Shown here in pieces: positions 29,689 to 39,350 of a stretch of DNA of 64,000 nucleotides. Source of the DNA: an uncultured Candidatus Berkelbacteria bacterium (lineage in GTDB: Bacteria > Patescibacteriota > UBA1384 > UBA12157); assembly GCA_903877885.1 (NCBI GenBank), contig CAIRFN010000013.1, positions 2,754-66,753 on the forward strand, read 5' to 3'. A program made the translations under genes and the position numbers. Numbering within the stretch: position 1 is the first letter of the stretch; each line of letters begins with the position of its first letter. Below the pieces are notes generated by a model. It was not told the origin of the DNA and ran no database searches. It saw only the letters and a program-made list of their open reading frames with translations.

Positions 29689-30501
29689 ATGTCAGATGAA
29701 ACTTTACAACCAGAAGCTGCTGAAGATTTTGTGGCAACGATTAATAATGTGCAAGATGTAGAAACAACAGAGAAAGTTAGAACCAAGGAATCAGAAATTC
29801 AAGCCAATATTGATTTTTGGAAAATTAATGGTAAAAAATATTTTGGTATTGAGATTGATGAACAGGAAATAAGAAATGCAATTGAATCATTGCCAGAAAA
29901 AGAAGGTTTTGATTGGTTAATTGCTATACCTAAAGGGTTAAAATTATCTGATGTATCTATGAATAAATGGTCGCACGATTATACTATTTACGATCCAATC
30001 AATGACGCAAATCCAGAAAAAAGGCAAGCCCACAGGGATTTAATTGATGCTATTCAAATGCCACGCAATGCACAGGAAACTTATGCCATCGCCGCTCGTT
30101 ATAGTGCCGAACCAGATGATGGAAGCTATGAACATGATTATATGGGCAAAAATCATAAAAGCAGTTTAGAATGGGAACAGACAGGTAAAGCATTTATGTC
30201 TCCTATGGAATGGATAATTGCTGATATGCGCTTTAATGTCAATACTGATATGCGTTTTGATCTTAAGACCGATAACCACCTAGATACTGCTCACAGACTT
30301 CCTCTTGTTGTTCACAATAGTACACTTTGTGCTGGTTCAAGAACACCTGATGGCAAAGTACCTTATGTGAGTTGGAGCCAGTTAGGTGCCGGAGGACTTA
30401 GCTTTAATACTCTAAAACCAGAAAATAAGATTTTTTCAGATATTGGTGTTCGCGAAGTAATAACTAAAGATACTAAAACTGAAGCAGAACAAACTGAATA
30501 A
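29689..30501 (+). CDS. hypothetical protein, paralog B of duplicated family
   Basis: N-terminus and several internal motifs shared with the 13708-14472 ORF. Confidence 0.6.
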   Translation: MSDETLQPEAAEDFVATINNVQDVETTEKVRTKESEIQANIDFWKINGKKYFGIEIDEQEIRNAIESLPEKEGFDWLIAIPKGLKLSDVSMNKWSHDYTIYDPINDANPEKRQAHRDLIDAIQMPRNAQETYAIAARYSAEPDDGSYEHDYMGKNHKSSLEWEQTGKAFMSPMEWIIADMRFNVNTDMRFDLKTDNHLDTAHRLPLVVHNSTLCAGSRTPDGKVPYVSWSQLGAGGLSFNTLKPENKIFSDIGVREVITKDTKTEAEQTE

Positions 30502-30519
30502 TAGTTTTTTTAAATTCAA

Positions 30520-30558
30520 CCCGCAGAACAAATCGAAAGATTAATCTGCGGGTTTTTT
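30520..30558 (+). terminator. rho-independent terminator of paralog B
   Basis: cccgcag...ctgcggg hairpin + T6. Confidence 0.6.
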
Positions 30559-30565
30559 AATCCCA

Positions 30566-30651
30566 AACCTGTCACGGCCCACTTCCAGGGTGGGATATAT
30601 GGTTAAAATTTACCAAGTTACCACCTTGGAGGTGGTAACATATGGTTAGAA
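30566..30651. repeat. REP doublet (cccacttccagggtggg-atatatggtta ; gttaccaccttggaggtggtaac-atatggtta)
   Basis: Homologous to 14658-14742; the second hairpin is identical to the one inside mnmA. Confidence 0.65.
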
Positions 30652-30701
30652 AACAAGCTAAACCCGCCTGCCGGTAGACAGGACTTGATCTACGGAAAAT
30701 T

Positions 30702-31493
30702 TTAGTAAAGATCATTTCTTTTGGGTAAACGGCCGTGGATAATTGTGTTGGTAACCAAACGCACACCTTTGGGAATGAAAAAATATAAGTATTTCAAAAG
30801 CGCCATGATTGTCCAGTGAGGATGCATCGCTTGAGTTTGGCGATTCAAAAGTTCGCGTTTAAAATCATTAGTGGTTTGCCCTTGAAACAAAGTATAGGCG
30901 CGACCAACCGCTTCTTTAATATGCGCGTCAGACGAACCAGTTTCAGCTAAACCCAAAATAGTTCCATTCAAAAGCGCGGCGCGGAAATTTTGACTAGCCA
31001 AAGTTGGTGTGCCATTAACCACTTCCACACCGTCAAAATGATGTCGTTCTTTAATTAAGGTGATGGCGCCAACGCCGTCCATAGTAATCAGATTGGGATT
31101 TTTAAGCCGAGAGTGCTCAAACGGATGTGAAGCAATCGCAATTCCGCCTTGAGCGTGGATTTCTTTCAAAACCTGATGCGCCGAAAGACCGGCCGGAATG
31201 GTGTGAGTTAAAAACAAACCTAAAATATGACCTTCCAGAGAAGTAACTTCTTCGCCGATGATGACTTCAAAACGATATTCCTTTTCCTTAGTCATTTGAT
31301 GAGCTAATTTTGCACCAGCTACTGTATCATGATCAGTAATAGCAATCACAGCCAAATCAGTTTCAGCTTCAATATAAGCCAAAAGTTCTTCGACCGTCGG
31401 CTCGCCGTCAGAATAATTAGTATGAATATGAATATCAGCCTTGGATAGCTTGATTATTTCTTCAATTTTTTGCAAACCTTGTTTTTGTTTCAT
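30702..31493 (-). CDS. PHP-domain metal-dependent phosphoesterase
   Basis: HIHTNYSDG...ITDHD PHP motifs. Confidence 0.75.
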   Translation of the reverse strand: MKQKQGLQKIEEIIKLSKADIHIHTNYSDGEPTVEELLAYIEAETDLAVIAITDHDTVAGAKLAHQMTKEKEYRFEVIIGEEVTSLEGHILGLFLTHTIPAGLSAHQVLKEIHAQGGIAIASHPFEHSRLKNPNLITMDGVGAITLIKERHHFDGVEVVNGTPTLASQNFRAALLNGTILGLAETGSSDAHIKEAVGRAYTLFQGQTTNDFKRELLNRQTQAMHPHWTIMALLKYLYFFIPKGVRLVTNTIIHGRLPKRNDLY

Positions 31494-33496
31494 TTGATTA
31501 GTTTTAAAAATTCTGTTTCGTTAATCACTTTTACCCCAAGCTTTTCCGCTTTAGCTAATTTTGAACCAGGTTCAGCGCCGACAACTAAATAATTTGTTTT
31601 GCTTGTCACGGCTGTACCGATTTTGCCGCCTAATTCGACGATTTTTTTATGAGCATCGTCGCGAGTTAAACTTTCCAAAGATCCAGTCACTACAAAAATT
31701 TGACCATCAAGTTTATTGACTTTGACCGGCGAGTGATATGTTCCAATTTTTACACCCAGATCAATCAGTTCTTGAATAAATTTTTTGTTTTGAGCCGATG
31801 TAAAATAACTTTTCAAAGATTCAGCGACTTTTTGACCAATGCCATAAATCTGGTTAAAATCTTCGGTAGTGGCGTTTAATAATTTGTCGATATTGCCAAA
31901 CTTGCGAGCAATATCAATTGCGGTTTGTGTGCCAGAAAGCGGAATTCCCAAGGCATAAATAAATCGATCAAGAGCAATGGTTTTACTATTTTCAATACTG
32001 TCGATCGTGTTTTGAGCCGATTTTTCAGCAAAACGTTCCAATGGCTCCAAATCCCCGACCTTAAGTTTAAACAAATCTGCCGCGTTTTTAATTAATCCGG
32101 TATTCATCAGTTGTTCGATGATCTTTGTACCCAGTCCATCAATATCAAAAGCAGCTTTGCTCACAAAATGTTCAATCGCTCTTTTTTCGACAATAAAACA
32201 ATTTTTGTTAGCGCATTTATAGGCCACTTCACCAGGAATTTGAACCACTTTACCGCCGCAAATCGGACAAGTTTTTGGCATTTGAAAAACTTTTTCGCGG
32301 CCGGTGCGAAGCTCTTTAATCACTTTGACTACTTCGGGAATAACATCGCCGGCTTTGCGAATTACGACTGTGTCGCCGATTCGAATATCTTTAGCTTTGA
32401 TTTGATCTTCATTGTGTAAAGTAGCTCTGGAAACTGTCGAGCCTGCCACCTCCACCGGTCGCAAGACAGCCACCGGCGTCAATGTTCCCGTTCGTCCGAT
32501 TTGGACGATAATGTCTTCCAAAACGGTTGTCACCTCTTCGGCCGGCCATTTGAAAGCAACCGCCGCACGCGGAGATTTTCCAACAATGCCTAATTTGGCA
32601 TAAAGTTTTTCATCGTTTAAATTTACGACCATGCCATCGATTTGATAAGGTAGTTTTGCCCGAATTTTTGTCCAGTCGTGCCATAGAGAAATTACCTGGT
32701 CGATATTTTTGCAAAATTTATTATATTTATTGGTTGGAAAACCCAAGTCTTTGGCAATTATATGCTCTTCTTCGTGAGTTTCGGTGGCAATACCAATCAA
32801 AGCATAGGCCAAAAAATCCAGGTTTCGGGAAGCCGTGATTTTAGAATCGAGTTGTCTTAAAGATCCGGCCGCCGCATTGCGCGGATTAGCAAAGGAAACT
32901 TCGTTGTTTTTAGCTCGATCAAGGTTTAGTTGTTGAAATGATTTAAGCGGCATGTAAACTTCACCACGAATTTCGACTCGCTTGTCGGTATAATATTTTG
33001 ATTCTTTTCGGAGCTTTAAGGGAATGGCCCGAACAGTTTTTAAGTTTTCGGTAATGACTTCGCCGACTTGACCGTCGCCGCGAGTGGCACCATATTGGAG
33101 TTCACCATTTTCGTAGACAAGCGATACTGCCAACCCATCCATTTTTATTTCAGCGTAATATCCGGATTTTTGAACTTCTAAACCAGCCATGCGTTCGATT
33201 TTGGAAGCCCAGTCACGAAATTCGGTTTCATTAAAAACATCGTTTAAGGAAATCATTCTGTTTTGATGGGTCACGGTTTGAAATTTTTCCAAAGGCTTGC
33301 CACCGACTTTTTGACTTGGCGAAGTTGATAATCTTAAATCCGGATATTCAGTTTCCAAACCAACTAATTCGTGCATCAAAGAATCATAATCAGCGTCAGT
33401 CACAGTTGGATCGTCAAGTACATGATAGCGGTAGCGCAAATCATCGATTACTTTGGAAAGTTTTTCAATTCTAAGTTTGGCATCAGTTTTGTTCAT
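31490..33496 (-). CDS. ligA: NAD-dependent DNA ligase
   Basis: KxDG adenylation motif (EIKMDGLAV), Zn-finger Cys4, HhH and C-terminal BRCT. Confidence 0.95.
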   Translation of the reverse strand: MNKTDAKLRIEKLSKVIDDLRYRYHVLDDPTVTDADYDSLMHELVGLETEYPDLRLSTSPSQKVGGKPLEKFQTVTHQNRMISLNDVFNETEFRDWASKIERMAGLEVQKSGYYAEIKMDGLAVSLVYENGELQYGATRGDGQVGEVITENLKTVRAIPLKLRKESKYYTDKRVEIRGEVYMPLKSFQQLNLDRAKNNEVSFANPRNAAAGSLRQLDSKITASRNLDFLAYALIGIATETHEEEHIIAKDLGFPTNKYNKFCKNIDQVISLWHDWTKIRAKLPYQIDGMVVNLNDEKLYAKLGIVGKSPRAAVAFKWPAEEVTTVLEDIIVQIGRTGTLTPVAVLRPVEVAGSTVSRATLHNEDQIKAKDIRIGDTVVIRKAGDVIPEVVKVIKELRTGREKVFQMPKTCPICGGKVVQIPGEVAYKCANKNCFIVEKRAIEHFVSKAAFDIDGLGTKIIEQLMNTGLIKNAADLFKLKVGDLEPLERFAEKSAQNTIDSIENSKTIALDRFIYALGIPLSGTQTAIDIARKFGNIDKLLNATTEDFNQIYGIGQKVAESLKSYFTSAQNKKFIQELIDLGVKIGTYHSPVKVNKLDGQIFVVTGSLESLTRDDAHKKIVELGGKIGTAVTSKTNYLVVGAEPGSKLAKAEKLGVKVINETEFLKLIK

Positions 33497-33506
33497 ATAT
33501 ATTTCC

Positions 33507-33598
33507 TGGATCCCAGATCAAGGATTCCATCCTGTCTGGGATGACATTAATAATACCCCTTAATGTCATTTTACCTTTTAAGGTATTGACATTCAAGC
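33507..33598 (-). promoter_or_regulatory. ligA promoter (TTGAAT-17-TAAAAT) with two hairpins / a 10-bp perfect inverted repeat just downstream of -10
   Basis: On minus strand: -35 ttgaat, 17-nt spacer, -10 taaaat; then atgacattaa-N9-ttaatgtcat and atcccag-N17-ctgggat palindromes before the start codon. Confidence 0.4.
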
Positions 33599-33638
33599 GG
33601 TTTTTGAAGGGCGCCTTTCTCATATCAAAAAAACCGCC

Positions 33639-34103
33639 TCATTTAAGACGGTTGGAAATTGATTGACGTAAATTAGCTTGAAGATATTTGAAACCATCGA
33701 TTTCAAATTCTTCCTTTAGGAATTGGGCCAGCCGGCAACGAAAATTATTTATCTTGATTGAAACAAACGCATTAGCATTAATTCTTAAATAACCTCGAAT
33801 ATTGTTCTCGATATATTTATCGATATTATCATTAGCCACAATCAATCTGGCTCGATCCATTGTCGCTTTAAAACCTAAAAACGTTTCCCCGTATAACGTA
33901 ATCACGAAATAGTTCTTTAAGTTATCAATGTATTCAAATTCAATTTTTATTTTTCTTCGTTCATTGCGCTCAATTTTATAATCTCGCTCTTCTTCTTTGA
34001 CCTGCCAAACAAATCGTCTCCTCTCTATTTGTTTGACAACTTGGGTGTCAGTGTAGATTACATCTCCCGGTAAGAGAAAAATAAAACGTTTGTAGCGATC
34101 CAT
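33639..34103 (-). CDS. hypothetical protein
   Basis: Start set at MDRYKRF (34103) with GGGGGTG RBS; no recognisable domain. Confidence 0.45.
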   Translation of the reverse strand: MDRYKRFIFLLPGDVIYTDTQVVKQIERRRFVWQVKEEERDYKIERNERRKIKIEFEYIDNLKNYFVITLYGETFLGFKATMDRARLIVANDNIDKYIENNIRGYLRINANAFVSIKINNFRCRLAQFLKEEFEIDGFKYLQANLRQSISNRLK

Positions 34104-34183
34104 TGGCTTCACCCCCTGTTTTTCGCTCCAATAAGATTGTAACTTAAAATTTAAAAAAATCAAACCTTTTCTGGTTTGATTTT

Positions 34184-35092
34184 TTAGACCATGGCACGGA
34201 GTTTTTTAATTCGCTCGACAATCGGCGGATGAGTGTCAAACATTCCCGCAAACCAACTTTTGCCGCCGCCATCTTCTTTATCTTTAAACGGACTGGCAAT
34301 ATACAAATGGGCCGTGGCTTTGTTAGCCACTTCCAGTGGTTCTTTATCATTAGAAATTTTTTCCAAAGCTGAAGCTAAACCTTCAGGATAACGGGTTAAA
34401 AGCGCACCAGTGGCATCAGCCAAATATTCTCGTTTCCTGGAAATCGATAACTGAATTAGAGTAGCGATAATTGGCGACAAAATCACCAAAACTAAACCAA
34501 TAATCATTAAAATCGCTTGAATTTGGCCGCCACCTTCAGAATCATTACTGCGACGTCCACCAAACCAAGTCCAACGTAAAAAGAAATCAGCCATCAAGGA
34601 AACAACGCCGACTAAAACCACAATCACCATCATTAGACGAATATCGTAATTACCGATATGACTCATTTCGTGCGCAATCACGCCTTGAAGTTCAACATTA
34701 TTGAGTTTCTGTAGTAATCCGGATGTCACCGCAATCGAGGCGTGTTGAGGATCGCGTCCGGTGGCAAAAGCGTTTGGCGCCGAATCGTTAATAACGTAAA
34801 TTTTTGGTTTGGGAATGCCTGCCGTAATCGCCAAATTTTCCACCGTTCGATGTAAACTTAAATATGGTTCGGCGCGTGGTACTTCTTTGGCAGCCGAAAT
34901 AGCCAAAGTGATCGAATCAGAATAATAATAGGAAACTAAAGTTTGAACCACAGCGATGATTAAGGCAATAATCAAAATTGCTGGATTATTAAAATACCAG
35001 CTTAAAAAATAACCTAGCCCGCTGACAAACAGCAAGAAAATCGTCATAATGACAACGGTTTTAATTTTATTAGAATCTATCTCTTTGTACAT
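34184..35092 (-). CDS. htpX: HtpX-family M48 zinc metalloprotease
   Basis: HEMSHI zinc motif, TM helices. Confidence 0.88.
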   Translation of the reverse strand: MYKEIDSNKIKTVVIMTIFLLFVSGLGYFLSWYFNNPAILIIALIIAVVQTLVSYYYSDSITLAISAAKEVPRAEPYLSLHRTVENLAITAGIPKPKIYVINDSAPNAFATGRDPQHASIAVTSGLLQKLNNVELQGVIAHEMSHIGNYDIRLMMVIVVLVGVVSLMADFFLRWTWFGGRRSNDSEGGGQIQAILMIIGLVLVILSPIIATLIQLSISRKREYLADATGALLTRYPEGLASALEKISNDKEPLEVANKATAHLYIASPFKDKEDGGGKSWFAGMFDTHPPIVERIKKLRAMV

Positions 35093-35106
35093 ATTAAAAA
35101 AGTAGT

Positions 35107-35391
35107 CTAAACTCGTGTTTTCTCTAATTTACTAATTCTGATTTCATGATTATCAACTCGATTTAACTCTGATCGTTGCAAGGTTTCGATTCGATTGGTA
35201 GTTAATTGCAAATCATGAACATCTTCTTTTAATTCATTAACATCATTTTTTAATTCTCTAACATCTTCTGCTAGCTCATCCTGTTTTTCCAAAATCCGGT
35301 CTAAAACCGGCATCATCACGGTTGTCATTACGTCGACAACCGTTTCTTTGACGATCTCTTTAACTCTAATTTCATCTTGAGTATCTAACAT
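35107..35391 (-). CDS. hypothetical coiled-coil protein
   Basis: 94 aa, Glu/Leu-rich heptad-like. Confidence 0.4.
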   Translation of the reverse strand: MLDTQDEIRVKEIVKETVVDVMTTVMMPVLDRILEKQDELAEDVRELKNDVNELKEDVHDLQLTTNRIETLQRSELNRVDNHEIRISKLEKTRV

Positions 35392-35409
35392 TTTTTCTCC
35401 TTTATAAAT

Positions 35410-36024
35410 CTATTTCGTAAACTGAAAAGTCTGGGCGATTTGAGTGTAAACATCTGCCTCTGGCACGTCGGTTGGTACAAAAACAATTTGAACAACTTGT
35501 TTATCTTTAGCTAAATAAATATTTTCATCACCACAACGCGGTCCGTCACAAGAAAAAATAATATTCGATTTCAGGGCATCTTGACCGTTAATTTTGACTA
35601 CTTCGTGTTTATAACGAATATCTTCGGCATTTTTTTCCGCGGCAGTGGCAAAAGCGTCAAGCGCTAAATTTTTCGGATTATCCAAGACTAAAACCATTAC
35701 ACCGGAAGCATTTTGGCATAACATATTGGCCGCATGAGTCGTATTTTTATTAATACAAAGACTGCTGTCGGAATTAGCCGCGTTATTTTCGACAATATAG
35801 TCTTGGGGAATTTTGATTGAAAAATTATATTTAGAATTAGTATATGGTTTCCAACTGGCAGTAGAAATTGGCGATGATGTCGTCGATGGCGACGGCGTTG
35901 GAATCGGATTTGGCCGATTTGGCGTTAGTATTTTCCAACTGAAATAGCCGACAACAATTATTATAATGATAATTGGCCCAAGCCAAAGCCATTTTGACGG
36001 TTTTTGTGGTGGAAATTGATACAT
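35410..36024 (-). CDS. membrane-anchored exported protein, paralog family B (copy 1)
   Basis: N-terminal TM helix, Pro/Thr-rich linker, domain starting W.xY.N...F(S)xKxP and ending FQFTK; paralogs at 40759-41367 and 58326-58913. Confidence 0.5.
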   Translation of the reverse strand: MYQFPPQKPSKWLWLGPIIIIIIVVGYFSWKILTPNRPNPIPTPSPSTTSSPISTASWKPYTNSKYNFSIKIPQDYIVENNAANSDSSLCINKNTTHAANMLCQNASGVMVLVLDNPKNLALDAFATAAEKNAEDIRYKHEVVKINGQDALKSNIIFSCDGPRCGDENIYLAKDKQVVQIVFVPTDVPEADVYTQIAQTFQFTK

Positions 36025-36034
36025 TTTAATCCTT

Positions 36035-36586
36035 TTAGAATTTTACTTCCGGAGTGGCTTTTTCACCTTCAGCGGCTTCGAAAAGTTCAAACGGTTTGGC
36101 GGCAATCATACCAGCAGCAATAGAATTTGGAAAAGTTTGGATTTTAATATTGAAATCGCGAACATTGCCATTGTAGAAACGGCGGCTGGCTTCGATTTTA
36201 TTTTCTGTATCAGTTAATTCATCTTGGAGTTTTTGAAAATTTTCAGAAGCTTTTAATTCTGGATAAGCTTCGGCCACGGCGAAAACCGATTTTAAAGCGC
36301 CAGTTAAAACATTTTCTTTATCTGAAATATCAGCCGGAGATTTAGCGGAAATCGCATCAGCGCGAGCCTCGGTTACTTTTTCAAAAACACTAGATTCGTG
36401 TGTAGCATAACCCTTAACAGTTTCGACTAAATTAGGGATTAAATCATGGCGACGTTTTAATTGCACATCGATATCCGACCAAGCCTCTTGGGTTCGATTT
36501 CGAAGAACGACGATCCCATTAAAGACACCGACAAACCAAAGTACTAACAAGACAATGATCCCAAGGATGGTCCAGGTAACAATCAT
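36035..36586 (-). CDS. lemA: LemA family protein
   Basis: N-terminal TM helix plus LemA-like helical segment (VLRNRTQEAWSDIDVQLKRRHDLIPNLVETVKGYA); sits beside htpX as is common. Confidence 0.85.
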   Translation of the reverse strand: MIVTWTILGIIVLLVLWFVGVFNGIVVLRNRTQEAWSDIDVQLKRRHDLIPNLVETVKGYATHESSVFEKVTEARADAISAKSPADISDKENVLTGALKSVFAVAEAYPELKASENFQKLQDELTDTENKIEASRRFYNGNVRDFNIKIQTFPNSIAAGMIAAKPFELFEAAEGEKATPEVKF

Positions 36587-36622
36587 TTTAACTCCTTTAG
36601 ATAAATTAATATTTTTATTTTT

Positions 36623-37573
36623 TTACAAACCTGAAGTGGCGCTAGCCGAAGCACTGGCATTTGTTCCTGAAGTCGAAGTATTCGAGCTACTACTCGACAT
36701 AATACTCGGCGTTGGGCCAGTTAAAGGAATAGTTGATGGTGTTACTATTGGAGTGAAAATTGGCGATGGATTACTGGTATTTGGTGTTTCAGCTGAAGAT
36801 TCAGTTACAGTATAAATAAAGTAATTTCCGATAATTACACCGGCAGGATCAGTTCGATCTTCCAATATTGAGGTTAATTGGAAAGTCTTACCGTCTGATT
36901 TATAACTGTAATAATTATTTGGTGACAAAGGATCGAGCGGTAAACTAGAAACGTAAGTTGGAACCAAAACCTTCAGAGCCGTATCTGGATCAGATGTTTT
37001 AGTTGAAGTCGTTGCCACTGGATATGACTGTTTGTCATTATAATATCTTTGCAGAGCGGTTTTTAAATTTGCCAAATCAGTTTTGCGTTGAGCGTCGTTT
37101 TGATTCACCACTGGTTCGGGTGTAATCACGACCGATGGAGTTGGCGTCGGTTTTTTAATCCCCAATATTGCTCCCAGATCAATTAGATGGAACCAAGAAG
37201 CGGCAAAAATTGCGCCGCCAATGACTAAAACTGCTAAAACAAGATAAAGCACAACGTTGCTTTTTTTGCCAGCTGGTTCCATCATTACTGGCGAAGAACT
37301 GGATCCAGCCGGCGCGCTAGATGGACCGGTTAGATCAGGGATTGGCGAGCTACCAAAAGAAGAGGTCGAGGTAACTGTTGGTGTAGCTGGCGGAACAGTT
37401 GGTGGAGTTTGAGCCGGCGTCCAGCTGGAGGTTGGCGGTATTGATGATGTTGATGAGCCAAAACTACTGGCTGGAGTTGGTGCTGGAAATGGTTGAGCTG
37501 GTGGCATCGTCGATGGTGCTGGCGCCATCGGATTTGTTGGTTGTTGGTTACTACCAAATGGTTGTTGATTCAT
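36623..37573 (-). CDS. Pro/Ser/Thr-rich membrane protein with C-terminal pseudopilin (GspG-like) domain
   Basis: ~120-aa low-complexity P/S/T region, one TM helix, then DAQRKTDLANLKTALQRYYNDKQSYP pilin-fold signature. Confidence 0.5.
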   Translation of the reverse strand: MNQQPFGSNQQPTNPMAPAPSTMPPAQPFPAPTPASSFGSSTSSIPPTSSWTPAQTPPTVPPATPTVTSTSSFGSSPIPDLTGPSSAPAGSSSSPVMMEPAGKKSNVVLYLVLAVLVIGGAIFAASWFHLIDLGAILGIKKPTPTPSVVITPEPVVNQNDAQRKTDLANLKTALQRYYNDKQSYPVATTSTKTSDPDTALKVLVPTYVSSLPLDPLSPNNYYSYKSDGKTFQLTSILEDRTDPAGVIIGNYFIYTVTESSAETPNTSNPSPIFTPIVTPSTIPLTGPTPSIMSSSSSNTSTSGTNASASASATSGL

Positions 37574-37624
37574 GTTATCCCCTCCAAAATATTCATCGTT
37601 TTTTTACTATACATTTTTATTTTA

Positions 37625-38050
37625 CTACTTTTCTTTTTCAACTACAATTTTAATTTGGGCATTTAAATTTTGACCAAAGCTAATTGAAAGAGGATACTCC
37701 CCGATTTTTTTAAATTGCTCCTTAATCATTTTTGCATCCACCCCAATTTTTTCCGCCAATTCTTTTGCGCCTAAGGCACCATACAAGTGACCATCTTTAT
37801 CGGCCTTACGCGCAAAGACAAAAGTTTGGCCGTCTAGTTCTTTAATTCTTTCTTCCAAGGCTTGACGATGTTTTTTAGTTTCAGCCTGATGAATTTTTTG
37901 TTCAGCCATAATCTCGTGAGTTTGATTATCACTCGGCAAAGTGGCTAGGTGTTTGGCAAATAAAAAATTCCTGGCATAGCCATCGTTTACTTCTTTAATT
38001 TCCCCTTTTTTTCCTAAATTTTTAACATCTTGGATTAAAAATACTTTCAT
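37625..38050 (-). CDS. rplI: 50S ribosomal protein L9
   Basis: [22 protein letters not shown]-terminus. Confidence 0.9.
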   Translation of the reverse strand: MKVFLIQDVKNLGKKGEIKEVNDGYARNFLFAKHLATLPSDNQTHEIMAEQKIHQAETKKHRQALEERIKELDGQTFVFARKADKDGHLYGALGAKELAEKIGVDAKMIKEQFKKIGEYPLSISFGQNLNAQIKIVVEKEK

Positions 38051-39267
38051 TGATTTGCTAACTCCATAGCTTTAGTTAGTTGCGGATCGCGATTATTTTT
38101 AGTATCATCTTCAGTTAAACTTACTTTTACATCTGGGTCAATCCCCTTGTGACTAATCTGACGATCTTTTGGCGTCAGCCATTCAGCAATCGTTAATTTT
38201 AGACTAGCACCTGAACCCAAATCTAACATTTCTTGGACTGAACCTTTACCAAAAGAAATAGCTCCAACCAAAGTTGCCCGATTATTGTCTTGCAACGCGC
38301 CAGCGACAATTTCCGCCGCCGAAGCCGAACCTTCGTCGATTAGAACAACCAACTTGGTTTTGGCGAGAATCGGTTTATCAACTGTTTTTTCGATTTGAAC
38401 TTTGCCATCTTTATCTTTTTCTTTAACTACAACTGTTCCTGGATCACTAAACATTCCAACCATATCGACTGCTGATTGTAAATAGCCACCCGGATTATGA
38501 CGTAGATCCAAGACAATTGCTTTAGGATTTTTGGCTGCCAATTCAGTTGTCGCCCGCTGCATCAGATTGGTCGTGTCATCGCCAAATTGGCTCACTTTAA
38601 TATAGCCAATGTTATTATCCTTCATACTCCACTCAACAGATTTGACGGTAATTTTATCGCGACGAATTTCAATTACTTGCGGCTCGGTCCAACCGTCACG
38701 ACCGACGGTTAGTTTTACCGTTGTGCCCGCTTTACCCCGAATATTGTTTATGGCATCATTTAAAGTCAAATTTTCCACAGCCACATCATCAATTTTTAAA
38801 ATTTGATCATTCGGTTTTAATCCGGCCTTTTCCGCCGGCGAGCCAGCTAGTGGTGTCACCACAATTAACTTTCCATCTTTAACCGAAAGTTCGGCGCCAA
38901 TGCCTTCTATTTCACCAGATAAATCATCGCGAAAAGTTTTGTTATCACTTGGCTCCATAAAAACCGAATATGGGTCGCCAAGTCCAGACATCATCCCGGA
39001 AATCGCACCATAAACCATTTTTTGTGGATCAAGTTTGTTGATCGATTTTTCAGCCACCAAATTCCAAGCCTTCCAAAACATCGAAAAATCAACGGTTTTT
39101 GGCTTAAAAAGTTCCTGATTAACCACTTTTGGCACAAAGTTTTTTTCAAAAACTAGATTCTTATGACCAACCACGAATCCGGCGAAATAAAAAATGAGAG
39201 CAAAAAGAATTAAAGCAATGACTTTACTAAGTTTTGAAAGTTTCGATAATTTTTTCAGTTTATTCAA
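38047..39267 (-). CDS. ctpA: carboxy-terminal processing protease (S41) with PDZ domain
   Basis: PDZ, S41 catalytic Ser region (GSASAAE) and LDLRHNPGG; start set at TTG 39267 with AGGAGAG RBS because the upstream ORF extension covers a repeat region. Confidence 0.8.
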   Translation of the reverse strand: MNKLKKLSKLSKLSKVIALILFALIFYFAGFVVGHKNLVFEKNFVPKVVNQELFKPKTVDFSMFWKAWNLVAEKSINKLDPQKMVYGAISGMMSGLGDPYSVFMEPSDNKTFRDDLSGEIEGIGAELSVKDGKLIVVTPLAGSPAEKAGLKPNDQILKIDDVAVENLTLNDAINNIRGKAGTTVKLTVGRDGWTEPQVIEIRRDKITVKSVEWSMKDNNIGYIKVSQFGDDTTNLMQRATTELAAKNPKAIVLDLRHNPGGYLQSAVDMVGMFSDPGTVVVKEKDKDGKVQIEKTVDKPILAKTKLVVLIDEGSASAAEIVAGALQDNNRATLVGAISFGKGSVQEMLDLGSGASLKLTIAEWLTPKDRQISHKGIDPDVKVSLTEDDTKNNRDPQLTKAMELANQ

Positions 39268-39282
39268 GACTCTCCTTTGTGA

Positions 39283-39345
39283 AAATGGATTATGAATTAT
39301 GAAGCATGAAGAATGGTTTTTCCATGATCCATAATCCATGATCCA
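39283..39345. repeat. AT-rich tandem/palindromic repeats (attatgaattatgaa; ccatgatccataat x2)
   Basis: 14-nt tandem direct repeat and related GAATTATGAA units also seen at 43955-43985. Confidence 0.45.
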
Positions 39346-39350
39346 TAATT

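Noticed and set aside
37330-37653. Overlapping ORFs 37330-37557 (-) and 37399-37653 (+) rich in His/Gln/Leu
   Set aside because: These are alternative-frame artefacts of the Pro/Ser/Thr low-complexity region of the 36623-37573 gene.
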